This document shows positions 19,791 through 28,896 of a stretch of 64,000 nucleotides of DNA, piece after piece. The notes beneath the pieces were generated by a model. That model was not told the origin of the DNA. It did not search any database and saw only the letters and a program-made list of their open reading frames with translations. Positions within the stretch are counted from its first letter, which is position 1; each line of letters opens with the position of its first letter. The DNA comes from an uncultured Acidobacteriota bacterium. Its GTDB lineage: Bacteria > Acidobacteriota > Vicinamibacteria > Vicinamibacterales > 2-12-FULL-66-21. The translations under genes and the position numbers were made by a program. Location of the stretch: assembly GCA_963725335.1 (NCBI GenBank), contig CAVRYD010000011.1:1115756-1179755 (forward strand), read 5' to 3'.

Positions 19791-20105
19791 TCAGGCGCTC
19801 CGTCGCACCTGGGCGGCGTGCCACAGGTCCCAGTGCATCTGCAGGTTCATCCAGAGCTCAGGCGATGTACCCAGCAGGGCCGACAGTCGCCATGCGGTGT
19901 CGGCCGTCACGCCGCGCTTGCCCTTCACGATTTCGTTCAGCCGATTCGTCGTCATCTGCATGCGGGCGGCAGCTGCGGTCTGACTGAGTCCGTGCGGTTT
20001 GAGGAATTCTTCGAGGAGCATTTCCCCAGGATGCGTGGGCGGGCGGCGCATGCGTCGGAGATCGACAGCACGCCTCAACGCCGCTCTACGAGTGGTAGTC
20101 TTCAC
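19791..20105 (-). CDS. higA: HigA/VapI-type HTH antitoxin, no toxin partner
   Basis: HPGEMLLEEFLKPHGLSQTAAAARMQMTTNRLNEIVKGKRGVTADTAWRLSALLGTSPELWMNLQ. The true start may be the internal ATG at 20051. Only 58 nt separate it from the kinase gene end upstream. Confidence 0.8.
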   Translation of the reverse strand: MKTTTRRAALRRAVDLRRMRRPPTHPGEMLLEEFLKPHGLSQTAAAARMQMTTNRLNEIVKGKRGVTADTAWRLSALLGTSPELWMNLQMHWDLWHAAQVRRSA

Positions 20106-20163
20106 ATCGCACCCCCCATTCCTTATCAGTCTATCCTTCTGGCGCGTGCGGGCGATCGCGTCG

Positions 20164-22893
20164 TTATTTCTGGGGCGTCGAGGTCCAGTTGACGATGACG
20201 GTCAGAGGCGCTGTGGCGGCATTCTGCGGTCTGTTGACGAGGAACCGCTGGCCATCCTTGGTCACCGCGTACATGTTGTTAGTGCTGACCGCCCCAGCCG
20301 GAAAAAGCGTCTTTGGCAGCCCGAAGGCCGGGGAAATATCGTTCAGCTCGATCGACACCGCCGTCATCGTCCCGGTCGCATCGAGATAGAACAACTCTTT
20401 GCCATCGGCCCGCCAGTGCGGATTCCGTCCTCCATTCGGCGAGATCCGATGCTTCCCGCCGGCCCGAAGAAATGGCTGAACGTAGACGTTGGGCTGGCCG
20501 GTCTCGTCTGTCGTATACGCGATCCATCGACCGTCCGGGGAGAACGTTCCTAGACTCTCGGAGAACTCGGTCTGTGCTACTGGAAACGGTTTGCGCTCCC
20601 CAAAGAGCGGAAGGGCCCAGATGTCCGATGTCGCCGGAAACGTCCCGCTGAACGTGTACAACACGTAACGTCCGTCTGCGGACCAGTCACTCGGCGCCAG
20701 AAAGCATTGTCGCGGGCCACATGGCCGTGAAGGCGTGTCCACGGCTTCGAGGAGAGTTTCCTTCGCCCCAGTCCCTTCAACCAGAGTCTGTACTAAACGC
20801 GCCTTCTCCGGCAGTCTTCCTACGCCGCTCGCGTAGCTTCCGAACACGATGTGTTTGCCATCTCGCGACCATACTGGCCATCCTTCGGGTCGCGCATCGG
20901 TCGTCACGCGGTTCTGGCGGTTCGGTAGGTTGCGGGCGATGTCGATCGTCCAGATGTCGAGATTCTCCTGACTCCGGAGGGCGACTGCGACGTGGCGTTC
21001 GTCTGGCGAGAGTGAAGGACTGACGTTCACCCCCCCATCGCCCAGAGTGCCGAGAGGCTTGCCGGCTCGATCGAACCACGTCAATTGCAGATTTAGTGAG
21101 CTGCCGGACGCGTACACGAGCGTCCCATTCTGCGAGACGGACGCGCTGACATACCGACTTCCCTCCGTGCCGATACGCTCGGCCACGGGAACGGCATCGC
21201 CGGCCAGTAGGCGTGCGTCAGGATCGAATACCTGAGCCATCAACGTCTGGTCGCGCGCGAACAAAAGGTGGTTGGAGACGTAGGTGGCCGATGAGTCGGC
21301 CGGAAGCAACGCCACGGCAGGCTCGTTCTGATCGAGCGAGCCAATCTTGATCGTGCCCGGCTTCGCCGGAGGGCAGCAGGTTCCGGTCACGGCAGTGTAG
21401 AAGAAATGCCTCCCGTCGGGTAGAAAGTGCGGCCACCTGTGAGCGTCCTCTCCGTCCGCGAGGGCCGTGACGGCTGTCGGCACGCCGCCGCCGCTCGGTA
21501 CGCGAGACACGGCCGAACGCACCGATCCGATGACGATCACGTTGTCGCGACTCCAGCTTCCACCGAGCCCTCCTGGCGCGTCACCCACCACAACGGGTGG
21601 TCCGCCGGCGATCGCAACCTTCTTCAGCTTGCCCCCTGCGAAGAATGCGATGAACCGGCTGTCATGCGACCAGAACGGAAACGCGGCGCCCTCGGTTCCC
21701 TGCATCGGCCGCGCTTCCGCACTGGCCAGTGGTCGAAGCCAGATTCTGAACGCGGGTGGGGCACCGGCCACGAACACGATGTTGCGACCATCAGGCGAGA
21801 TAGCCAGCTGTGCGACGTTGCCCGTACCCCCAGCGGCGGGACCTCCAAAGGACGTGTTCTCGGGCTGCGCGATGGTGAACTGGACGAGCTCGGGCGCGAC
21901 CGTGCCAGGGCGGGACAATCGCAGAGCGACGACCGCTGTGGCGATTAACGTGCTGGTTGCCAGCGCAGCAACCAGCCATGCGATGCGGTTCGAACGCGGC
22001 GCCACCGGCGCAGTCGGAGCGAGACTTGCCTGGTGATCGAGTACGAAGAGCACGGCCGCGATGTCGCCGACGCGTCGGCGACGGTCCTTGACCAGGCATT
22101 GGCGTACGAGTGTCCGCACCGGCGCTGGGACATCGGACGGGAGTGCCTCCCAGGCTGGCTCGAGGCGGACGACCGCGCCGAGCACGTCCGTCATGTCCTC
22201 GCCATCAAAGGGGCGTCGCCCCGTCAGCATCTCGTACAACACGCAGCCGAATGCCCAGATGTCGCTGCGCTTGTCCGCCTCTCGTCCTTTCGCCTGCTCC
22301 GGCGCCATGTACGCGGCCGTTCCGAGGACGATGCCCAGGCCGGTCAGCATTGCGGGGCTGGTGATGGTCGGCGACTGCGACCGGTGCGTGCCGCTCGCAA
22401 GGTCCTGTTCGGGCGCCAGCGCCTTCGCGAGGCCGAAGTCCAGCACCTTGACGGCCCCGTCAGGGCGCAGCTTGATGTTCGCCGGCTTGAGATCGCGATG
22501 GATGATGCCCTGCTGGTGCGCGGCTTCAAGAGCGTCTGCGATCTGTTTCGCGATCGGCAGCGCTTCGTCGACCGGGATCGCCCCGCGCACAATGCGCTGC
22601 GAGAGATCGTCGCCCTCGACCAGTTCCATCACCAGCGCGCGAACACCGCCGGATTCTTCCAGGCCGTGAATGTGCGCGATATTCGGATGGTTCAGGGACG
22701 CGAGCGTCTGTGCTTCGCGGGTGAACCGGGCGAGGCGGTCAGCGTCGGCGGCGAATAGGTCCGGCAGGACTTTGAGCGCGACGTCACGATTCAGTTTCGT
22801 GTCGCGGGCGCGGTAGACCAGCCCCATCCCGCCCTCGCCAATCTGGGCAACGATTTCGTAGACGCCAAGCCGGGTGCCGGGTGCGAGTGCCAA
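20164..22893 (-). CDS. Ser/Thr protein kinase fused to TolB/WD40-like beta-propeller repeats
   Basis: ORF 20164-23196. Kinase motifs GEGGMGLVYRARD, HRDLKPANIKL, DFGLAK, then repeated SPDG..IAF units. TTG 22893 (LALAPGTRLGVYEIV) is chosen as the start because the longer N-terminus overlaps an opposite-strand gene fragment. Confidence 0.85.
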   Translation of the reverse strand: MALAPGTRLGVYEIVAQIGEGGMGLVYRARDTKLNRDVALKVLPDLFAADADRLARFTREAQTLASLNHPNIAHIHGLEESGGVRALVMELVEGDDLSQRIVRGAIPVDEALPIAKQIADALEAAHQQGIIHRDLKPANIKLRPDGAVKVLDFGLAKALAPEQDLASGTHRSQSPTITSPAMLTGLGIVLGTAAYMAPEQAKGREADKRSDIWAFGCVLYEMLTGRRPFDGEDMTDVLGAVVRLEPAWEALPSDVPAPVRTLVRQCLVKDRRRRVGDIAAVLFVLDHQASLAPTAPVAPRSNRIAWLVAALATSTLIATAVVALRLSRPGTVAPELVQFTIAQPENTSFGGPAAGGTGNVAQLAISPDGRNIVFVAGAPPAFRIWLRPLASAEARPMQGTEGAAFPFWSHDSRFIAFFAGGKLKKVAIAGGPPVVVGDAPGGLGGSWSRDNVIVIGSVRSAVSRVPSGGGVPTAVTALADGEDAHRWPHFLPDGRHFFYTAVTGTCCPPAKPGTIKIGSLDQNEPAVALLPADSSATYVSNHLLFARDQTLMAQVFDPDARLLAGDAVPVAERIGTEGSRYVSASVSQNGTLVYASGSSLNLQLTWFDRAGKPLGTLGDGGVNVSPSLSPDERHVAVALRSQENLDIWTIDIARNLPNRQNRVTTDARPEGWPVWSRDGKHIVFGSYASGVGRLPEKARLVQTLVEGTGAKETLLEAVDTPSRPCGPRQCFLAPSDWSADGRYVLYTFSGTFPATSDIWALPLFGERKPFPVAQTEFSESLGTFSPDGRWIAYTTDETGQPNVYVQPFLRAGGKHRISPNGGRNPHWRADGKELFYLDATGTMTAVSIELNDISPAFGLPKTLFPAGAVSTNNMYAVTKDGQRFLVNRPQNAATAPLTVIVNWTSTPQK

Positions 22894-22971
22894 GTCTTCT
22901 GGATTATATGGGCGCGACAGGGCACCTGACTGTTTCTGTCGTACTTCGAAGGCCAGGGGAAGCGCCAACTC

Positions 22972-23490
22972 ATGATCCTTCCGATGTCGGGCGACGACGT
23001 GGCGGGCTGGAAGCCCGGCGAGCCACAACCATTTCTGTCTACTCACTTTGACGAGGCCTATCCCACGTTCTCGCCGGACGGACGCTGGATCGCGTACACG
23101 TCGAATGAAACCGGGCATTACGAAGTACTCGTCCAGCCATTTCCCGGCCCTGGACCAAGAGTGCCTATCTCGTCCGGCGGCGGTAACACGCCGCACTGGT
23201 CGTCGACAAGAAACGAACTACTGTTTCGGGCCACCGACAATCGGATGATGGTCGCCTCGTAGCAAGCTGCAGGCGATTCCTTTCGCGCGGACAAGCCGCG
23301 GCTGTGGTCGCCACGACCATTGCCGGCCGGCATCATGCGTCCCCTCCAGCAGTTACCGTTCGCCGTGTATCCCGACGGCGATCGGATCGCGTTGTTCGTA
23401 CCGCCGGAGCCGGCGCCCGGCCAACGCGACAAGGTCGTCCTCGTGTTCGACTTTCTCAATGACCTCCGGCGGCCTGGGCGCACGCCATGA
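22972..23490 (+). pseudogene. 5'-truncated C-terminal fragment of a TolB-like propeller (kinase paralog) with an in-frame TAG
   Basis: ...FSPDGRWIAYTSNETGHYEVLVQPFPGPGPRVPISSGGGNTPHWSSTRNELLFRATDNRMMVAS*QAAGDSFRADKPRLWS...FAVYPDGDRIALFVPPE...KVVLVFDFLNDLRR. TAG at 23260-23262; the frame stays open to TGA 23488-23490. Confidence 0.7.
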
Positions 23491-23610
23491 GTACGGGCGC
23501 CTGGATCTATTGACGCTCGATCAGGCCGCCGGTGGTCGGACCATCAGCGATGGCGCGATCCCCGACTCTGGCGAACCCGAGCCGGAGACTCGCGAGCCGT
23601 TCTCGTGCAG

Positions 23611-24113
23611 CTACTTCTCGCGCTCGTCTGGCACGCGCGTCATCTCCCGGATCACGAAGATGCCGCCTGGAACGAGAGCACTGGGCACGCGCTGCAGGTC
23701 GGTGACAGCGGTTGCGACCAACTCGTGGTGTTTCACCACCGCTGCGGTGATGACGAAGTCATCGATCTGACTCGCCGTCGTGCCGTTCGACGCCGTCACG
23801 ATGGGGTGATTGTGCCGGTGCCGTCGCAATTGACCGCGTACCATCCGATCTGCGTACCGGTCGTGATCGTTCGCGCGCCCGTCGTCGACCCGGCAGTCGG
23901 CCCGTTCAAGAGGAACGTTCCTGTGAAGCTGCCGTCTGCCACGATGTCCCTTTTGCCGAGCGCTCGTGCGACGTTTGCGCCAAAGGTGCTGATGATCGTC
24001 CACGATCCCTCCAGGCTCTCGAGCGTGTAGCACGGTGGCCGCTCTGCGCGTGGCGCCGACGCTCCGAGGACGCTGCATAGGATGACGGTCAGGGCGAGCG
24101 GATTCTTGGACAT
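23611..24113 (-). pseudogene. small secreted hypothetical protein, readable only across one frameshift (or sequencing indel)
   Basis: ORF 23796-24113 (MSKNPLALTVILCSVLGASAP... signal peptide) ends ...NCDGTGTITPS*. The tail of ORF 23611-24237 continues IVTASNGTTASQIDDFVITAAVVKHHELVATAV... The junction lies at the G4 run 23803-23806. Confidence 0.45.
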
Positions 24114-24346
24114 AATGACTCCTCTGGAAGGGTCTGGAAGCCCGGTTAGTCGCGGGAAACGACGCCGGGACTGGGTGGACGCGGCCGACCTCTTCCCTTC
24201 TCGCAGCCAGAGGCGGGAATACCCCAGGAAAAGTCACATCGCCGTCGCCGCGCGGTCTTCCAGTACGGGCCGTTTGACGCAGCCGGCCGTTGAAGCATTC
24301 GCGAGCGTGACGGAACCAAGTACGACCTGTCTCGTCTACGTCCCAA

Positions 24347-26817
24347 ATGGAAACGCTCCTCGCCGATCTGCGCTACGCCCTGCGCACGATGCGCCGGAAC
24401 CTCGGCTTCACCGCCATTGCTCTGTCGGCGCTGGCCCTCGGCATCGGCGCCAACACAGCGATCTTCACGGTCGTGGATGCTGTCCTCCTCCAGCCGCTGC
24501 CGTACCCGCAGCCCGACCGAATCATGAAGCTCGGCCGCCAGTTTCGCACCGGCGTCGGCTATTCGAATTCCATCCCCAAGTACATGGCGTGGCGGCAGAA
24601 CGATGTCTTCGACGCCATGGCGCTGTACGATTTCGGGGCTCTTGCGATGAACGTGGGCTCGGGCAATCCGCCCCAGACGGTGAAGGGTCTCCACGTCTCC
24701 GCGGACTACTTCAAGGTCTTCGGCGTTTCGCCAGTCGCGGGTCGCACCTTCTCGCAAAGCGAGGATCTGCCGAACGGCCCGGCCGTGGCCGTGATCAGTT
24801 ATGCCGTGTCGCAATCCCGCCTCGGCGGCACCAACGAGGTGCTCGGGCGGCCAATCCTGCTGAACGGCGTGCCCTACACAGTCGTCGGCATCCTCCCGAG
24901 GGGCTTTCAGCCTGACCCCGAAGCGGACGTCTGGCTTCCGTTGCAAGCGGAGCCGAACAGTACCAATCAGGGCCACTACCTCAATGTCGCCGGGCGGCTG
25001 AAGCCAGGCGTGACCGTTGCGGGCGCGCAGGCGCAGATGAAGATCGTCGGCGAGCAGTTTCGCAAAGCCAACCCCAAGTGGATGGACGCGGAGGAAGGCG
25101 TTGCGGTCGTGCCGATGCGGGATGCGACAACCGGTGAGGTGAGGACGGCGTTGCTGGTGCTGTTCGGCGCCGTGGCGCTCGTGCTCTTGATCGCGTGTGC
25201 GAACGTCGCCAACCTGCTGCTCGCGCGGGCGGCAGGGCGTCAGCGCGAGCTGGCCATCCGTTCTGCGGTGGGTGCCAATCGCGGACGGGTTGTCCGCCAA
25301 CTGCTCACGGAGAGCGTGCTGCTGGCAGGGTGTGGCGGCATGCTCGGTCTCGGCCTTGGCGCCGCGGGCGTTCGCGGGTTGCTTCTCCTCGTCCCGGGAA
25401 ACATTCCACGCGTCACCGACGCAAACCGGCGCGGCCGTCGTCATCCCGGCGCTCGACTGGCGTGTGACGGCGTTCACGATCGGCGTCTCGCTGCTGACGG
25501 GGCTGCTGTTCGGCCTCTTTCCGGCGCTGCATACGTCGAAACCGGATCTGGTGTCGACGCTGAAGGAATCCAGCGGCCGCTCGGGCACCGGCCTCCGGCA
25601 CACGCGCGTACGCTCGGCACTGGTCGTCGCGGAGATGGCGTTGGCGCTCGTGCTCCTGGTCGGAGCGGCGCTGCTGATTCGCAGTTTCGTGGGGTTGCGT
25701 TCGGTCGATCCCGGTCTCGATCCGCACAATGTGTTCACGTTCCAGACGTCGCTGGCGGGCGGTGCGTACTCCACCACGGCGAGCGTGAGCGCCTTCACGA
25801 CGCAGGTGGTCCGACGCGTGGAAACGTTGCCAGGCGTCGAGGCCGCGGCATCGACCATCGTTCTGCCGGTCGAGGACGGCATCGATCTGCCGTTCACGAT
25901 CGTCGGCAAACCGCCCGACGCAGGGCGAGTACAACGGCGATGAGCAGTGGAGATCGGTGTCGCCGCATTACTTCCGGGTGTTCAAGATCCCCTTGTTGCG
26001 CGGACGCGCGTTCACCGAGACGGATACCGGCGCCTCCGCTCGGGTGGTCATCATCAATGACGCGATGGCGAAAAAGTACTGGCCGAAGGAAGACGCGCTC
26101 GGCCAGCAGATTGTGATCGGCAAGGGGCTGGGGCCCCAATTCGAGGAGCCGTCCAGACAGATTGTCGGCATCGTTGGAAACGTGCGCGAAAACGGGTTGG
26201 GGAACGCGGGTGTGGGCGTGATGTACGTGCCGCAGAGCCAGATGACGGAAGGTCTGACGGCGCTCGCGAACAGCGTGATTCCGCTGTCGTGGTGCATTCG
26301 TACGGCGACTGATCCGTCATCCCTCCGCGTGGCCATCGAGCGCGAGCTGCACGGCGTTGACGGTCAGATGCCGATCTCGCGCGAGCGCACCATGACCGAG
26401 GTCCTCGCCGGCGCCGTCGCACGGCAGAGCTTCAACATGGTGCTCCTGAGTATCTTCGCCGGCGTCGCGCTGGTGCTGGCCGCGATCGGTATCTACGGGT
26501 TGATGTCGTACTCGGTCGATCAGCGGAGGCAGGAAATCGGTATCCGCATGGCGCTCGGGGCCGACCGCGGCAGGATGCTCAGAGTCGTCTTGCGAGAGGG
26601 CATGACGCTCGCGGTCCTCGGTGTCGTGCTCGGCCTCTTGCTCGCGTACGGCCTGACGCGTCTGCTCGCGAGTCTGTTGTTTGGCGTGAAAGCGAGCGAT
26701 CCGTTCGCTTTTGCCGCCGTCGCCGGCATTCTGACGATGGTTGCCCTTGTCGCCGCGTACATCCCCGCGAGGCGGGCGACGACCGTCGATCCGGCCATCG
26801 CCCTCAGGTACGAATAA
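24347..26817 (+). pseudogene. ADOP-type duplicated MacB/FtsX permease, two frameshifts (or sequencing indels)
   Basis: Three collinear ORFs: 24347-~25410 (METLLADLRYALRTMRRNLGFTAIALSALALGIGANTAIF...), ~25420-25930 (...ALDWRVTAFTIGVSLLTGLLFGLFPAL...) and ~25925-26817 (...WRSVSPHYFRVFKIPLLRGRAF...IYGLMSYSVDQRRQEIGIRMALGA...). The second junction is at GGG 25923-25925. Confidence 0.8.
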
Positions 26818-26882
26818 CGCGCGTGCTTAACCGCCCGAGCCGTGCAACTTCTGGGAAACGCGGGCGTCTCTCGCGACAGCCT

Positions 26883-27050
26883 ATGGATCGTCGCCAGTTT
26901 CTGCTCGGAACGGTGGCCAGCGCCGGCCTTGCCTGCCGGCGGGCGTCCGAGCGCGAGCCATTGCCAGCCGTGGATCGCACATCGGAGATCGACCACCTCA
27001 TGGCCCGACCCTCGACGAGAGTTTGGGTTGCGAGCCGCAGTGCCGTCTAG
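26883..27050 (+). other. 55-codon ORF starting with a twin-arginine signal (MDRRQFLLGTVASAGLA); probably the 5' stub of a truncated gene
   Basis: Own reading inside ORF 26823-27050. It ends where the convergent gene 27047-28009 ends. Confidence 0.25.
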
Positions 27051-28009
27051 GCGCTCGAGACCTCGGCGATGAAAGCGGCGACGTACCGCTCGATCTGGGC
27101 TGGCGGCAGGTCGTAGCGGGCGACGGTGTCCGGCTGGCCGAGATTGCCGCTGATGACGAAGGCGCGCAGCCCCGCCCGGGCGAGCCTTTTCGCCTGCGCG
27201 ATGCTGAGCCCGCCGACCACCTGCACGGGGGCGACCTTGCCGACCCGCTCGAAGATGGCGCGGGCCATGTCACCGAGGTAGTCGCTGTCGATGAGTCTGG
27301 AGTCAGCGCGCCGCGCGTCGGCCTGCAGGTGAACGCCGACGGCGTCCACACCGGCCTCGAGCATGCGGAGGGCGACCTCACCGGCCTGCGCGGCCGGGCC
27401 CTGGTGCGGCACCATGATATCGGCGAAGACGAGCCGCGGTAGTTCGGCGCCGGTGCGCCTGAACTCGTCGCGCACGCCGCAGATCGCCTTCGCCGTATCC
27501 GCACCGGCGAGCGCGAGGAAATCAACGATGTTGCCGCCGCCCGCATAGACGGCGCGCGCCTCGAACCCACCGCCATCCATGGTCTTCATGTCGGCCAGCA
27601 GGAGCGCCTCGGGAAACTGCTTCCGAAAGGCTGGCACCACGTTCGCGACGCCTTGGTTCTTGAGCAGCGGCGTCCCCATTTCGACGATGCTGACCCCGCC
27701 CGCCAGCGCCGCACCGGCAACCGCGCGACCCTGCTCCAGGGTGGCCACGTCGACTGAAATCTGGAACGTGAAGCGGGTTCTGAGCTGATCGAGAACCCGG
27801 GCGGAGGCCGGGTGGGTTTCCTTCGCCACCTGCTGGGCCCAAGCATAGCTGGGCTGCATCATCTCGAAGATGGCGCCGACCGTCAGCCCGCCCACGGCGA
27901 ACGTCCCTACTCCGTCGAGGAACGATCGCCTGTCGATGTGCCCGTGCTGATGTTCGTGAACGAGATCGAGCAGTTCCTGTGGAAAGTCGGACGCCTTCTC
28001 ACGCTTCAT
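27047..28009 (-). CDS. 3-hexulose-6-phosphate synthase/OMP-decarboxylase-family TIM barrel with an N-terminal Tat/TM-like leader
   Basis: 320 aa. The leader MKREKASDFPQELLDLVHEHQHGHIDRRSFLDGVGTFAVGGLTVGAIFEMMQPSYAWAQQ is followed by FQISVDVATLEQGRAVAGAAL..VSIVEMGTPLLKNQGVANVVPAFRKQFPEALLLADMKTMDGG...VQVVGGLS (HPS/KGPDC-like). Confidence 0.65.
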   Translation of the reverse strand: MKREKASDFPQELLDLVHEHQHGHIDRRSFLDGVGTFAVGGLTVGAIFEMMQPSYAWAQQVAKETHPASARVLDQLRTRFTFQISVDVATLEQGRAVAGAALAGGVSIVEMGTPLLKNQGVANVVPAFRKQFPEALLLADMKTMDGGGFEARAVYAGGGNIVDFLALAGADTAKAICGVRDEFRRTGAELPRLVFADIMVPHQGPAAQAGEVALRMLEAGVDAVGVHLQADARRADSRLIDSDYLGDMARAIFERVGKVAPVQVVGGLSIAQAKRLARAGLRAFVISGNLGQPDTVARYDLPPAQIERYVAAFIAEVSSA

Positions 28010-28181
28010 GATCCCAGCCCTCGAGGGACGTGGCCCATGTTAACTTCGAATCGCAATATCCGGCGGCAGGGTGACGTTCACGAACTGCATGAACTCTAGC
28101 AGCAGCAGCCAAGGATCGCCAGCCTCCGAAAAGCGCTCGGCGGGCAACGACATCGCCCATCGATCCCCAGAGCCCGCACTT

Positions 28182-28724
28182 TCACTGAGCTTCGACCGCG
28201 ACGCGCCACCCTTCGGTCGGCAATGGCATCGACGGGATCGGCAGTGCGACGAAGTCCAGCGTGTAAAAGACCGCGCTGATCTCCCCGAGAAAATGGTCCG
28301 GCGCGTCCGGCTTGATGGACCCCACGAACTTCACCCAGCCCGCCGCTTTGCCGTCCGGGTCCGTCAGGATCCGCCAGGCCGTGAAGGCGTAGACGTTTTT
28401 CTCCACTCGCATCCAGCTGCCTTGCCCGGTCTGCGTGCCGGTCACGCTAATCAACGCGCCTCCGGGTCCGAGCGGCAGCAGCACCCGCCCCTGTGCCAGC
28501 GTGCAGACCACGGTACCGCGCAACCCGTGCTGGTTCTGAAGCGATGCGTAAGTGTCCATGAAGGGTCTCTTGACATTGCCCTGGGTGGCGAAGGCGAGCC
28601 AGGTCCCGTCCGGCGGGTAGTTCGGCTCCGGGTCCTGGCCGGCATAAGCGGAACCGGTCAGCATAACGAGCACGACGACAGCTGAGAGAACTTTCGCGAA
28701 ACCTCGGATGTTGATACGGATCAT
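28182..28724 (-). CDS. secreted hypothetical protein
   Basis: ORF 28182-28775; internal ATG 28724 gives the signal peptide MIRINIRGFAKVLSAVVVLVMLTGSAYAGQ. No recognisable domain. Confidence 0.5.
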   Translation of the reverse strand: MIRINIRGFAKVLSAVVVLVMLTGSAYAGQDPEPNYPPDGTWLAFATQGNVKRPFMDTYASLQNQHGLRGTVVCTLAQGRVLLPLGPGGALISVTGTQTGQGSWMRVEKNVYAFTAWRILTDPDGKAAGWVKFVGSIKPDAPDHFLGEISAVFYTLDFVALPIPSMPLPTEGWRVAVEAQ

Positions 28725-28896
28725 GAGGCACCTCCACTGTCGAGGATACGAGTGGCGGCGCCGGCCAGCGGTCAAACCTCACCTACCGTCGTGCAGGCAA
28801 ATTGTTGGCGCGCAAGCGACGCTGCGAACGGTGGTTATCCGTCCGGCTTCGCTCTGACGGCGCTACAATCCCGTCAAACGTTCTGGGGAGCGCCAC

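Noticed and set aside
22894-23196. N-terminal 100-aa extension of the kinase ORF 20164-23196
   Set aside because: The extension has no kinase-family features and overlaps a better-supported opposite-strand TolB-fragment frame. TTG 22893 gives the family-typical start LALAPGTRLGVYEI.
24146-25909. Long antisense or alternative-frame ORFs (e.g. 24146-25909 minus, 3841-5037 minus, 5164-5907 minus, 14034-15152 minus, 16000-16890 plus, 17056-17931 plus, 18195-19151 minus, 32611-33918 plus, 40469-41509 minus, 11602-12558 plus)
   Set aside because: These are typical high-GC shadow ORFs. They are Arg/Pro/Gly/Ala-rich with no motifs, and each fully overlaps a gene with clear family signatures on the other strand or frame.
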